Origin: a virus
Taxonomy: Duplodnaviria; Heunggongvirae; Uroviricota; Caudoviricetes
DNA: 48,520 nt
Reading direction: 5' to 3' (one strand)
IMG/VR virus record: IMGVR_UViG_2563366838_000005
Each line of letters opens with the position of its first letter. Position 1 is the first letter of the stretch. Under the pieces are notes generated by a model. That model was not told the origin of the DNA. It was given only the letters and a program-made list of their open reading frames with translations, and did no database searches. The translations under genes were made by a program, and so were the position numbers. Of this stretch, positions 29,938 through 38,747 are shown piece after piece.

Positions 29938-31087
29938 ATGGTTTTGCACCTGCGGCCAGTTTATCCGCAGATATTTTTATCAGTTCCTGTAGTGTCTTGG
30001 CTGGCAGGTTTGCATCCAGAACGCTGAGTATGCTGTTGTGATCAGCTTGGTCGACTACTTTGCCTGTCGGTGGTAGTAGCTTGAGCTGAGGATTCAGGTT
30101 TTCGTCAAAGCTGATAAGTGCTCTGGCGTTTCTGAGCAGATCAAGAAGTAAGGCTGATATCACATTTTCCTGAGTCATTGCTGGCAGATTTAGCACCGCT
30201 TTGGTTTTCCCTGTTGCCTTGTCAAACTCCTTGATTAGTTCCTTCCTGTAGTTCGGTTCCGTTAATAGCCGATTATGCTCTGTTGCCGCGCGGATAATCG
30301 TTTTTTCCTGGTACAGTCGTTTAGCCAGATCGCGCTCGTACTGTGTTTTTAACACGCTGCTGATAGCGTTAAAGGCTTCAATGTAGGCCAGCTTGATATC
30401 CTTCACGCCTGGACCGTCGATACTTTCCATGAGCAAGGTAAATCCGTCTTTTGTCATGCGATAGATTGTTATTTCGCGGTCGCTTCCTTCCAACGGTCGT
30501 TGCTCTTTAAAGAAATGACGCGCCGCAGCTGTGCGAGGAATGCGTAACGCATCGATGGCCATAACGATGGAATTGTTTGTGGTGCTGAATGCTTGGGCAA
30601 CATCGGCTGAGGTTGTGAGTGGCTCGTTGTTGCACACCTTAACGTAATACATTGGTTTGGCGTTGAGCGTATCGACAACCTCACGAGCATTGTTTGGTGA
30701 GACGGTTACGGTCGCGGCCGTTTGCGCGTTCTGGCTGAAATAGCAGTCTTCCAGCCGTTCGAACACATCCCACGCCTGATCGGTTTCGAGCATTTTAGCG
30801 TGACGTGCAGCCCCGCGTTCTGTCCAGAGGATGAGAGAGCGAGTTTTGGGGGAAATTTGTACCTCATTTTGTGACTCGTTTAAAACTAGTCGCAAATTTT
30901 TGAGTTCATCACCAACAGCTTTAAAGAAGTGCTTCCCCTCAATGAACCGAGTTTTATTTTCATGGTGATTTTGCTGTATACGGATTGCTTCTGTTCCATA
31001 AAGGCGGGCGAGTAGCTCAGTTGTGATTACTGGAATCTGATTATGCAGGATAGGCTGTAGGGTGTTAACGGTCCGAAGCGTTTTCAT
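29936..31087 (-). CDS. Phage antirepressor / regulatory protein (ORF6N-like N-terminus, Rha-like C-terminus)
   Basis: 383 aa; domain layout recalled from antirepressor families; start overlaps upstream small ORF. Confidence 0.65.
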   Translation of the reverse strand: MKTLRTVNTLQPILHNQIPVITTELLARLYGTEAIRIQQNHHENKTRFIEGKHFFKAVGDELKNLRLVLNESQNEVQISPKTRSLILWTERGAARHAKMLETDQAWDVFERLEDCYFSQNAQTAATVTVSPNNAREVVDTLNAKPMYYVKVCNNEPLTTSADVAQAFSTTNNSIVMAIDALRIPRTAAARHFFKEQRPLEGSDREITIYRMTKDGFTLLMESIDGPGVKDIKLAYIEAFNAISSVLKTQYERDLAKRLYQEKTIIRAATEHNRLLTEPNYRKELIKEFDKATGKTKAVLNLPAMTQENVISALLLDLLRNARALISFDENLNPQLKLLPPTGKVVDQADHNSILSVLDANLPAKTLQELIKISADKLAAGAKP

Positions 31088-31371
31088 TTTGCACCTCCCA
31101 TAACTACTTTGGTTACGAGGGAGATTTTTGCGTCAGAAACAGCGTTATCGTTGCTGGCGATGCGCATAGCTTCGCGCTCGATGATTTCAGCCAGGCGGAA
31201 TTTATCGGCGTATGAGGCTTTCTTGAGAAGGATCTTTACGAGATTGACGTAATAGTCATGGGGTAAGTTTGTCATGATGATAGTTCCAGTTTTGATATTG
31301 GAATAATCACCACCGCTGACGCCAATCAGTGAGGTGGTGAGACGTACAGGGTTGGCGTAACCGGTCATCAT
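31084..31371 (-). CDS. Hypothetical protein translationally coupled to antirepressor
   Basis: 95 aa ORF whose stop overlaps the antirepressor start. Confidence 0.45.
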   Translation of the reverse strand: MMTGYANPVRLTTSLIGVSGGDYSNIKTGTIIMTNLPHDYYVNLVKILLKKASYADKFRLAEIIEREAMRIASNDNAVSDAKISLVTKVVMGGAK

Positions 31372-31441
31372 GATACCCGGCGAGCCTTACGGCTCCCCCG
31401 CACGCCCCACCATAATTCGGGTGTAGCTGTGCTTTACGCAT

Positions 31442-31462
31442 AAAAAAACCGCTAACGCGGTA
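31442..31462 (-). terminator. Candidate minus-strand terminator in antirepressor operon leader
   Basis: On minus strand: 5 bp stem accgc/gcggt, 4 nt loop, then T7. Confidence 0.35.
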
Positions 31463-31608
31463 TGCGCCATGATGATTATCGGGACGCCAATCCCGACCGT
31501 AGATTTTGCTACGGCTCGGAAAGTGTCCACCAATGGCGCATTCATGTCAATACGGCAGGATTTTAACAGAGACAACCACATAGCGTGGGTTTATTGGTAG
31601 GCAGAAAC

Positions 31609-31635
31609 AAAAAAACCGCCCTATTGAGGACGGTT
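31609..31635 (-). terminator. Candidate minus-strand terminator in ORF-poor region
   Basis: On minus strand: 8 bp stem with one G-U pair, 6 nt loop, then T7. Confidence 0.45.
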
Positions 31636-32032
31636 CTTTCGTGCTGATCGGATTCGCGGTCCTTTCAGCATTACGTTGTTGTATAAACAACCACGCAAGC
31701 ACAAGCAGCAAGTTAATTTTACCCAAAAGGTAATAATAGTCCACTATTATGCTTCAAAAAATTGTGGTTCTTGTTGTGCCTGCAAACTCACAGATTGTGG
31801 GTAGGTTACTGATTTTGTGAAAATAAACGAGTTTTTTCGTTTAATTTCTTTCCTATTACTAATCTTAAAATAATCGTAAAATACCTGTGGACCTTCCCGC
31901 CGATTCGCACCCGGGCACCGACTTTAGGGGAGGATTCTCCGTTGCCGTACATGCAAGCACAAGCAGCCGTGCTTGCTCTCGCGTTGTTTTCGTCGGTGGG
32001 GATGCCGTGAAACGGCCTGTAAGGGCCATACA

Positions 32033-32155
32033 ATGAAAAAATACTGTATGTGTATTTTTATCGTTGTTACTGGGGCTTTGTTTACGCCACATGGGGAGGG
32101 TTGGAAGATTACTGATAACGCTCTGAATGTGACGATAAACATTAGCAGCAAGTAG
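32033..32155 (+). CDS. Candidate small hydrophobic peptide (40 aa)
   Basis: ATG 32033; hydrophobic core CMCIFIVVTGALF; strong terminator 6 nt after the stop; weak SD. Confidence 0.3.
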   Translation: MKKYCMCIFIVVTGALFTPHGEGWKITDNALNVTINISSK

Positions 32156-32160
32156 CGATT

Positions 32161-32185
32161 AGGCCCCTTCGGGGGCCTTTTTTTA
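32161..32185 (+). terminator. Rho-independent terminator
   Basis: aggcccc ttcg ggggcct followed by T7. Confidence 0.7.
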
Positions 32186-32194
32186 TGGCTGAAT

Positions 32195-32377
32195 TTAAAC
32201 GCTGGAGCGCATTAAGCCTTTCAGAACTGCTTCACGTACCCATTCTGGCCTGGTGGATAGCAGGGCAAATAAGCAGCCAGCTTGCAGCCGTTTGAGGTCG
32301 GTTAGACGAGTTTTCAGTAACCGTGTATATTGTTGCTCGGACATAACAAATTCCCCTTGTTGTGTCGCGACGGCCAA
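32195..32377 (-). CDS. Hypothetical small protein downstream of par genes
   Basis: 60 aa ORF only. Confidence 0.3.
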   Translation of the reverse strand: MAVATQQGEFVMSEQQYTRLLKTRLTDLKRLQAGCLFALLSTRPEWVREAVLKGLMRSSV

Positions 32378-32406
32378 CAGTTGGCGCTGGAGGCCGTCAC
32401 CTTCTC

Positions 32407-32655
32407 TTACTTCTGGTTGTATTGAGCCTTGAGTAACTCAAAAGACTTTGTCAGCACTTCTTTCAATGACATATCCATTGAGCTGGCGAACGTTTTGTAC
32501 TCGCGTTTAAATTCAGGGTCGACGTTAAACGCCATTTGTGCCCCACCTGATTTGGTTCTGGTTGGCGTTTCAGTCGGGTCGAAAACCTGCGGTTGTTCGA
32601 TCGATGGCGGTACGCCTTTGCTGTTCTTCTTTGGTGGTTTTGATGGTGCGGCCAT
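32407..32655 (-). CDS. Partition protein, ParG-like ribbon-helix-helix
   Basis: 82 aa; C-terminal NVDPEFKREYKTFASSMDMSLKEVL resembles ParG RHH; immediately downstream of ParA. Confidence 0.65.
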   Translation of the reverse strand: MAAPSKPPKKNSKGVPPSIEQPQVFDPTETPTRTKSGGAQMAFNVDPEFKREYKTFASSMDMSLKEVLTKSFELLKAQYNQK

Positions 32656-32698
32656 GTGTATCCCCTCTTATATAAATCTATAAAACTATAATTATATA

Positions 32699-33367
32699 TT
32701 ATGCGGCAGTAGTCAGAGCCTCAAGCTGGTTGATAATCCCCTGAATAACGTCGTCTGCCTTTTTGCGTGGCGCAACGTATGAGCACTCAATGAGGCTTAA
32801 GCCCTTATCCTGAGCTTTGCTCAGAGCTGGCTTGTGGGGAATGTACTTATCGACAACAAAGTATGGCGTATTAGCCAGGTACTCTTGGGCTTCAATATAG
32901 TCAGCTTCGTTTTCAGCCGCGCCGGAAAACACCATGCAAATTTTCTTGATTGGTACACCCTTTTTAACGATGCCGTGAGCAGTGTTAACGGTGGTTTCCA
33001 GGTCATCGGTAGAGAATCGGGTTGGCAAAATAACCATATCCAGAAATTCAGATAGCTTCGGTACTGATTCAGATGCGTAGGCACCGCCATCGACGATAAC
33101 CAGGTCGTATACTTCTGATTCGATGATTTTCTGGACTTGTGATGGTGTGCCGCACGGCTGCGCCGCGATTGCTGGTTCGATATTGTTGGCCATTCTGCGT
33201 TGTACCCAACGCGTTACCGTTCCGTTAAGCACATCCATATCGATCAGGCATACATTCCAGCCAGCCTTTGCATAAGCAACTGCTAAAGCACGGGCAATTG
33301 TTGATTTGGTTACGCCGCCTTTTCCGTTGAAAATACCTACAGAGATAGTCATTTGTCGAGACTCCAT
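32699..33367 (-). CDS. parA: Partition ATPase ParA (type Ib)
   Basis: 222 aa; deviant Walker A GIFNGKGGVTKST; paired with a small RHH protein. Confidence 0.85.
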   Translation of the reverse strand: MESRQMTISVGIFNGKGGVTKSTIARALAVAYAKAGWNVCLIDMDVLNGTVTRWVQRRMANNIEPAIAAQPCGTPSQVQKIIESEVYDLVIVDGGAYASESVPKLSEFLDMVILPTRFSTDDLETTVNTAHGIVKKGVPIKKICMVFSGAAENEADYIEAQEYLANTPYFVVDKYIPHKPALSKAQDKGLSLIECSYVAPRKKADDVIQGIINQLEALTTAA

Positions 33368-33480
33368 GTGTTTGGTTATATAATTCTATAAATCTATATT
33401 TATAGAACGAGGTAAGCATAACCAACTTTTTGGCTGATGAAAAGCGTTTTATATAATTATATAAAACTATAATCATATAA
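33368..33480. promoter_or_regulatory. Candidate partition site / par operator with TATA-rich iterons
   Basis: Two clusters (about 33375-33405 and 33445-33478) of CTATAA/TTATAG-type ~8 bp repeats upstream of parA; a third between parG and parA (32663-32698). Confidence 0.45.
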
Positions 33481-33502
33481 GCGGGCGTTAGCCCGCTTGC
33501 AG

Positions 33503-33877
33503 TCAGAGGTCAGCTATCGTTGATATCAGTTGATTTGCTAGCTGTCGCTGTTTACGTGAGAGGGTTAGAGCAGCTTCTGAGCGGTCGCTAAGAGGGGGGT
33601 TTTCATCAAGAATCATGAGGCATACAGAAATAATAGCCCTGTTATATGCCATCAATGGCTGGCACAGCTTCGATACCGCTGGCACATCGTATTGTAAGGC
33701 CGTTTTGAGGCAGACTTTTTGTTCTGATGCCAGATGAAGGATAGATTCTATCCAGTCGATATCTTTCTCATTATCAATGATTTGGCATAACATACACTCA
33801 ATCGCTATGTTCAACGCTTGGATTTCGATTCCAGCAGTGATCAGAGTTTCGTTTTTATTGGCTGTATGTAATTCCAT
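33503..33877 (-). CDS. Hypothetical protein
   Basis: 124 aa ORF between cI and parA. Confidence 0.45.
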   Translation of the reverse strand: MELHTANKNETLITAGIEIQALNIAIECMLCQIIDNEKDIDWIESILHLASEQKVCLKTALQYDVPAVSKLCQPLMAYNRAIISVCLMILDENPPLSDRSEAALTLSRKQRQLANQLISTIADL

Positions 33878-33912
33878 GCGTAGCCTCTTTTATACTTTTA
33901 CATGTTGTCAAA

Positions 33913-33927
33913 ACCACAAAATGTGGT
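33913..33927. promoter_or_regulatory. ACCAC-N5-GTGGT palindrome downstream of cI (operator and/or terminator)
   Basis: accacaaaatggtggt-type palindrome (accacaaaatgtggt) followed by T-run. Confidence 0.4.
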
Positions 33928-33969
33928 TTTTTTGAGCGTAGAAATGCACGGCTTTCGCCGTGCTGTGTA

Positions 33970-34626
33970 TCATAACCAGTTGACAACACTAACTACGCGG
34001 CCAAGAACTTTATAACGCTTAAATTCCTCGTTATTCAGATGCTTAGTGTTCATTTCAGCATCCCTTTCGGTTGACAGCATAACAGCATTGTCACCCGGTA
34101 TGACTCTACAGTGCCTCAAAACAACCAGGCCATTTCTGTCTTCAAGGGCATAGATCCCCTCATGAATCTCTGTATCGTCTGTATTAATCAGGACTTGGGA
34201 GCCTGGGGATATTGTTGGTGACATTAACTCATCGTTGCTCTGGAGAACTGACAGAGACGATGGGTTGATGTTCTTGCTTCGTAGAATCTCCTGTTCTATC
34301 GCCAGCACTGGCTTTTCTCCGGCGTGCGATGCTATGTCATTTTTTATAGCTACAAGCCCAGGAATAACAGGAGCGTTAGTATTCTGGGGTGGGAACGGGT
34401 TATCTGTTAAGCACGCGATATAAGGCGCTGATGCTTTCAGGGCGTGCGCGATTTTCTTGATGGCAGGTATAGATGGTTGTCTTAATCCGGCCTCATAGTT
34501 CTGCAAGGTGCTTAAGCCTATTCCAGTGACTTGCTGGAGATCTCCGGCAGTCATGCCGGATTGTTTCCGTAGAGTCTGAATGCGCAGACCTATTTCTTTC
34601 TTGATGTTCTCGTCGTTGCTTTTCAT
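33970..34626 (-). CDS. CI-like prophage repressor (N-terminal HTH, C-terminal S24 LexA-like peptidase domain)
   Basis: 218 aa; HTH GMTAGDLQQVTGIGLSTLQNYE; C-terminal domain with S24-like layout; divergent from Cro-like gene. Confidence 0.8.
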   Translation of the reverse strand: MKSNDENIKKEIGLRIQTLRKQSGMTAGDLQQVTGIGLSTLQNYEAGLRQPSIPAIKKIAHALKASAPYIACLTDNPFPPQNTNAPVIPGLVAIKNDIASHAGEKPVLAIEQEILRSKNINPSSLSVLQSNDELMSPTISPGSQVLINTDDTEIHEGIYALEDRNGLVVLRHCRVIPGDNAVMLSTERDAEMNTKHLNNEEFKRYKVLGRVVSVVNWL

Positions 34627-34800
34627 GTCTCATCAATCGTGAATGGTGGGTTATTTATACATTACCACATTTAGTGGTTTTCACATGGTAAGACGAGAGG
34701 TGGACCACAAATAGAAGGTTATTTTTTGTTTTGCCCATTGAAAAACTCACGATATGTGGTTTTAATACCACATATCGTGGTTTTAACTGGAGTTCGTTAA
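34627..34800. promoter_or_regulatory. Immunity-region operator/promoter region between cI and cro-like genes
   Basis: ACCAC-N5-GTGGT at 34664-34678 and 34767-34781, the latter within a 13 bp perfect inverted repeat (34748-34760 / 34767-34779). Confidence 0.55.
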
Positions 34801-35295
34801 ATGACCTTTCAGGAGTGGGTTGACGAAAATGGAGGCCAAATTGGTGTTGCCAGAAAGTTTGGCTTTACGTCATCACTGATTGGTGCCTGGTATCGCTTCG
34901 AGAGATTCCCTCGTGCGGATAACCTGACGCTGCTGGTGGCGTATTCGGAAGGCCGGATTAACGTCCAGCAATGGGCGGCAGATTTTGCCGAACGTCAGCG
35001 CCAGCGTAGCGATGGCACATCGGTTCGGCAGAACAAGATCAAAGGGAATCTCCCTGTTAACTGCTTATCAAGGCTGAAAGCGGTTTTCTCTGAGTTGGGG
35101 ATGCCTGCGGAGCGTTGCAATCTACGCGGTCCGCGATTCATTGCTCGCTGGAAACACTCACACGTAACCGTTTCAGAGGTTCGTGATGCGATTACCGTGC
35201 TGGAGCTTAAGAATAAAGATTCCAGCGATATCGAGCTGATTCATAAGGAGATTAGCAACGCCCGGCGTTCAGCACTTGGGAGGCTTGAGGAATGA
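34801..35295 (+). CDS. Cro-like HTH regulator with C-terminal extension
   Basis: 164 aa; N-terminal Cro/YdaS-like HTH; divergent from cI. Confidence 0.5.
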   Translation: MTFQEWVDENGGQIGVARKFGFTSSLIGAWYRFERFPRADNLTLLVAYSEGRINVQQWAADFAERQRQRSDGTSVRQNKIKGNLPVNCLSRLKAVFSELGMPAERCNLRGPRFIARWKHSHVTVSEVRDAITVLELKNKDSSDIELIHKEISNARRSALGRLEE

Positions 35296-35807
35296 TGATT
35301 CTGGCCTTCTTTGGTGATAATCACCAGATTCAATCGAAGGTGGTGCACTACCTTGATCAAACGATTAAAGGATTTGCTATCGATCATATTGATAACGATA
35401 GCAAACATCTATCTGTAGATCAGAAAATTGGACGTGTGCAGCGACTGGTTGCCAGCCGTAACAGACGTGACACCGTAACAGTAGTCACGGGGATAACGGA
35501 GGTCATGGAGTACCAGATGTTGCTGCATCGTGGAGCTGTTTTCTGCGTTCTTCCTGGCATTCTGCCAGCAATTCTTGCTCGTGGTTTTGTCCCTATTGAT
35601 GAGTCGTTTTTATATGTAACCCCAAGCCGTTCCCTTCTGGATACGGAGGCGAAGCGTCGCATTTATATGATGCCGGACGAGGCATTTTCTGAATGTTACC
35701 GCCGTGAAATGAGGTTGGGTAAACGAGAAGTGTCTGTTGTTCGTGATGGCAGGTTTTTAAGAAGCCGCACGGTGAAAAGCACCAGAAATGACGGGGGCCA
35801 TCAATGA
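35292..35807 (+). CDS. Hypothetical protein
   Basis: 171 aa ORF, translationally coupled. Confidence 0.45.
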   Translation: MMILAFFGDNHQIQSKVVHYLDQTIKGFAIDHIDNDSKHLSVDQKIGRVQRLVASRNRRDTVTVVTGITEVMEYQMLLHRGAVFCVLPGILPAILARGFVPIDESFLYVTPSRSLLDTEAKRRIYMMPDEAFSECYRREMRLGKREVSVVRDGRFLRSRTVKSTRNDGGHQ

Positions 35808-36037
35808 GTAGTTATGTTCGCGGTGCTGCGATGCATTGCCAGAATCCCCAATTCTGGCGCTTTCTGACCAGTAAAACAGGGAAGAACGTTTCAAACAGTT
35901 CTGAGGCCTCTGTGATTCTGCGTGAGTTTTGCGGGATCTCATCCCGTAAAGAGCTGGCAAAGAACTACGCGGCCAGAAGCATGTATGTCCAGTTAATCAA
36001 CGAGTTCAACCTCTTTATCAATGGTAAGGGGCGCTGA
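35804..36037 (+). CDS. Hypothetical protein
   Basis: 77 aa ORF, overlapping start/stop. Confidence 0.4.
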   Translation: MSSYVRGAAMHCQNPQFWRFLTSKTGKNVSNSSEASVILREFCGISSRKELAKNYAARSMYVQLINEFNLFINGKGR

Positions 36038-36441
36038 TGAACGGACGTACACCAACGAAGAAAGAGAAACTTTATATACAAGCGGTGCTCACTCACGTGG
36101 GTTGCATAGCTTGCATTATTGATGGCCGTGAAATTGAGAATCCAGAGCTGTGGACGGAGCTACATCACGATCCTGATTACGGCAGCGTTGATGAGAATTG
36201 CCACTTCCATAGCTTTGGGTTGTGCGCACCACATCATCGCGGTGTTGTGCCTGGTGGTGGGCGCGTGCCTCCGCATATTGCCGTTCGTCACCCTCCCCTG
36301 AGTAATTGTGCTCGCTTTGTTGAGCGTTATGGCACCGATGAATTTTTGTGTGCGCAGACGTGGGAGCTGTTGCCGCAGTCAGTTAAAGACGAAATTGGGT
36401 TTGATCTTAGTCTTGGTGAAGTACCAGGGGATACCAAATGA
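36037..36441 (+). CDS. Cys/His-rich putative nuclease (HNH-like)
   Basis: 134 aa with CIACIIDG, ELHHDPD, CHFHSFGLCAPHH motifs. Confidence 0.4.
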   Translation: MNGRTPTKKEKLYIQAVLTHVGCIACIIDGREIENPELWTELHHDPDYGSVDENCHFHSFGLCAPHHRGVVPGGGRVPPHIAVRHPPLSNCARFVERYGTDEFLCAQTWELLPQSVKDEIGFDLSLGEVPGDTK

Positions 36442-36770
36442 GATATACCGGCTTTCGCAAACCAGCGACCAGGAAAAGCAAATACGGCAATAAAAAAACT
36501 GTTGTCGATGATATCTCTTTTGATAGCAAAAAAGAGGCTGATTACTACTGCGAACTGAAGCTACTGAGAAAAGCTGGCCGCGTTGTGACGTTTCTTATGC
36601 AGGTGCCTTTTCATCTGCCAGGTGGTGTCGTTTATAAACTTGATTTCATGGTGTTTTATGACGATGGGACGATTGATTGTGTCGACACTAAAGGTGTGCG
36701 AACAGACGTCTACATCATGAAGAAAAAGCAGGTAGAGGCGCTTTATCCCGTCACGATACGGGAGATCTGA
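36438..36770 (+). CDS. DUF1064-like protein, putative nuclease/resolvase
   Basis: 110 aa; YGNKKTVVDDISFDSKKEADYY..YKLDFMVF..VDTKG pattern recalled for DUF1064. Confidence 0.5.
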   Translation: MRYTGFRKPATRKSKYGNKKTVVDDISFDSKKEADYYCELKLLRKAGRVVTFLMQVPFHLPGGVVYKLDFMVFYDDGTIDCVDTKGVRTDVYIMKKKQVEALYPVTIREI

Positions 36771-36773
36771 ACA

Positions 36774-37151
36774 GTGAGACGCGATCTGGATAGCTTGTTT
36801 GAGCTATGGGCGCTGTGGGTGCGCAATGGCTGCAACGCCCGTAGCGGTTTCGCGTCGATGTTAGAAATGATGATGGTTACGCGCTGCCAGTTTACCGGAG
36901 GGGGCGGCGCACCAAATGACTCACTGGAAACCAGTATAGAGGGAGCGGTGACGGCCCTCACGGTAGTTGATGAGACTGCGGCGCTGGTTGTCCGAATTGA
37001 ATACGGGGCGTGGGAGATTCGGGGCCTCGACATAAATGCACCGCATATTGATAAAGCCCACGCCCTTTCTCTTAGCCTCAGACAGTATCGCCGGAAGCTG
37101 GCAAAAGCCAGGGCGTATGTTGTCGACTATTTGAAAAAGCGAAGAGAGTAA
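36774..37151 (+). CDS. Possible antitermination protein Q-like regulator
   Basis: 125 aa; weak resemblance (ELWALWVRNG, basic C-terminus) to small Q proteins; lies just upstream of conserved promoter copy 2. Confidence 0.3.
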   Translation: MRRDLDSLFELWALWVRNGCNARSGFASMLEMMMVTRCQFTGGGGAPNDSLETSIEGAVTALTVVDETAALVVRIEYGAWEIRGLDINAPHIDKAHALSLSLRQYRRKLAKARAYVVDYLKKRRE

Positions 37152-37200
37152 AAGTGTCATTTTGAGCTGTTTTGATGGTGTGTAGACATCGGGAACATCG

Positions 37201-37320
37201 AAAATCTATAAATATATAATTATAGATTTATATAAAAAGTGCTTTACAGGTGGGAAAAAATTTCCTAAGGTTATACCCGAAACCGAGCGATACCCGCCCT
37301 GGTTAAACCGGAGAAATCTG
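37201..37320 (+). promoter_or_regulatory. Conserved promoter/leader block, copy 2
   Basis: Near-identical to copies 1 and 3; upstream AAATCTATAA-N8-TTATAGATTT inverted repeat. Confidence 0.55.
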
Positions 37321-38388
37321 ATGAATAAACAAGTAATTATTTCTGACTGGATCAACAACCCTAACAGCCTGTTAAGCACTGATACTGGCTACCTATTACG
37401 CCATGTTAATGGTCGTATGGTCAAAAGCGATGAGCACGAAACCTTTTTCTTTGTTGAAGATGATGGGCGTATCTATGAGGATGGTTACTCTTATGAAGCC
37501 CAAACTGGTTGTATCCCTGCGGAGCTGGTGGACGTAACAGAAGATCTGCGCAAAGCATGGCTTGAACAGCAGCAGCGCGGAGATGATTACGTAAACACCT
37601 ATCAGGAACGCCAGAACGCGCGTCTTGCCCGATATATTGCTCGTGCAGAAAAAGCCAGAAAAGAAGGTGCGGTAGCGCATAAGCGAGCGCATGACCTGTT
37701 GGATGTGATCCCGTTAGGCCAGCCGATTTTAGTTGACCATTATAGCGCGAAAGGCCATCGCCGCCGTTTGTCTAAAGCTGATGCGTTATTAAGAAAAGCG
37801 TTTGTTGAATGCGAAAGTAAAGCATCACACTACGAGAGCAAAGCCGCAGGTGTTGGTCGTAATGGAATTTCGTCTGATGATCCTGATGCGCTATTTAAGT
37901 TGCTTCGTAAGCTGCAAGGCTGCATGAAGTCACACGTCAAAATGAAGGCCGCAAATAAGGCCATTCGCAAATACAAAAAAGACCAATTACAGCAGCTTTC
38001 TGCATTAATCGATCTCAGGTTTACAGAAAGCGAAGCCAAAGAGTTACTGGCCGGAGATTTCTGTGGGCACATCGGATTCCCTTCATACGCACTGAGCAAC
38101 AATAACGCCGAGATCAAACGACTACAGAGCCGTATTAAGGAGCTTGAATCGGTCAAGTCTGTAACAGGAGCACAGCGCGAAGAATACGACGACTTTTCTA
38201 TGGAGATAGATCCAGAGGATAACCGCATCCTGTTTTATTTCCCTGGCAAACCAGAGGCAAACATTCGTTCGCTGCTTAAATCACGTGCCTTTAAGTGGAG
38301 TCCAACCCGTAATGCATGGGTTCGCAAGATTACTCCAAATGCCCTGGCTGATGCCCGATATCTGAAAGAATCGCTATTGAAAGCCTGA
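37321..38388 (+). CDS. DUF3560-like hypothetical protein (355 aa)
   Basis: GQPILVDHYSAKGHRRR motif recalled as typical of DUF3560; starts exactly after conserved block. Confidence 0.5.
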   Translation: MNKQVIISDWINNPNSLLSTDTGYLLRHVNGRMVKSDEHETFFFVEDDGRIYEDGYSYEAQTGCIPAELVDVTEDLRKAWLEQQQRGDDYVNTYQERQNARLARYIARAEKARKEGAVAHKRAHDLLDVIPLGQPILVDHYSAKGHRRRLSKADALLRKAFVECESKASHYESKAAGVGRNGISSDDPDALFKLLRKLQGCMKSHVKMKAANKAIRKYKKDQLQQLSALIDLRFTESEAKELLAGDFCGHIGFPSYALSNNNAEIKRLQSRIKELESVKSVTGAQREEYDDFSMEIDPEDNRILFYFPGKPEANIRSLLKSRAFKWSPTRNAWVRKITPNALADARYLKESLLKA

Positions 38389-38399
38389 CAGTAAGCCTA

Positions 38400-38419
38400 C
38401 GGCGGGATGTCTCCCGCCG
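38400..38419 (+). terminator. Hairpin terminator followed by AT-rich iteron-like motif
   Basis: cggcggga tgtc tcccgccg, 8 bp stem. Confidence 0.45.
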
Positions 38420-38444
38420 TATATAGAATTATATATTTATATAA

Positions 38445-38747
38445 ATGTATAAGGACGCCTCGACAATGAAACGCAAAATTATTAACCCCCAAGATGTGAT
38501 TAATTTCCTGACCGATCACCCATGTTCAAAAGTGGACGTAATCGCGGAGCACATTGGTGTGTCGCAGAACTCTATGCGTTGCAGACTGAGAAGCATGGTT
38601 GCCGAAGGACAGATAACAACCAGGAAAATAAATGGTTGCCTGTACTACTCCGCTAAACCGGAATTGCCATTTGGCATGAATCCTAACTCCATGTTGTTTA
38701 ACACCTTATTAGCCAAAGTTAAGCCGTTGAGAGGGGCTGTGGCATGA
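38445..38747 (+). CDS. Hypothetical protein, possible winged-helix DNA-binding (alternative start 38466)
   Basis: 100 aa ORF; segment VDVIAEHIGVSQNSMRCRLRSMVAEGQI resembles a wHTH. Confidence 0.4.
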   Translation: MYKDASTMKRKIINPQDVINFLTDHPCSKVDVIAEHIGVSQNSMRCRLRSMVAEGQITTRKINGCLYYSAKPELPFGMNPNSMLFNTLLAKVKPLRGAVA

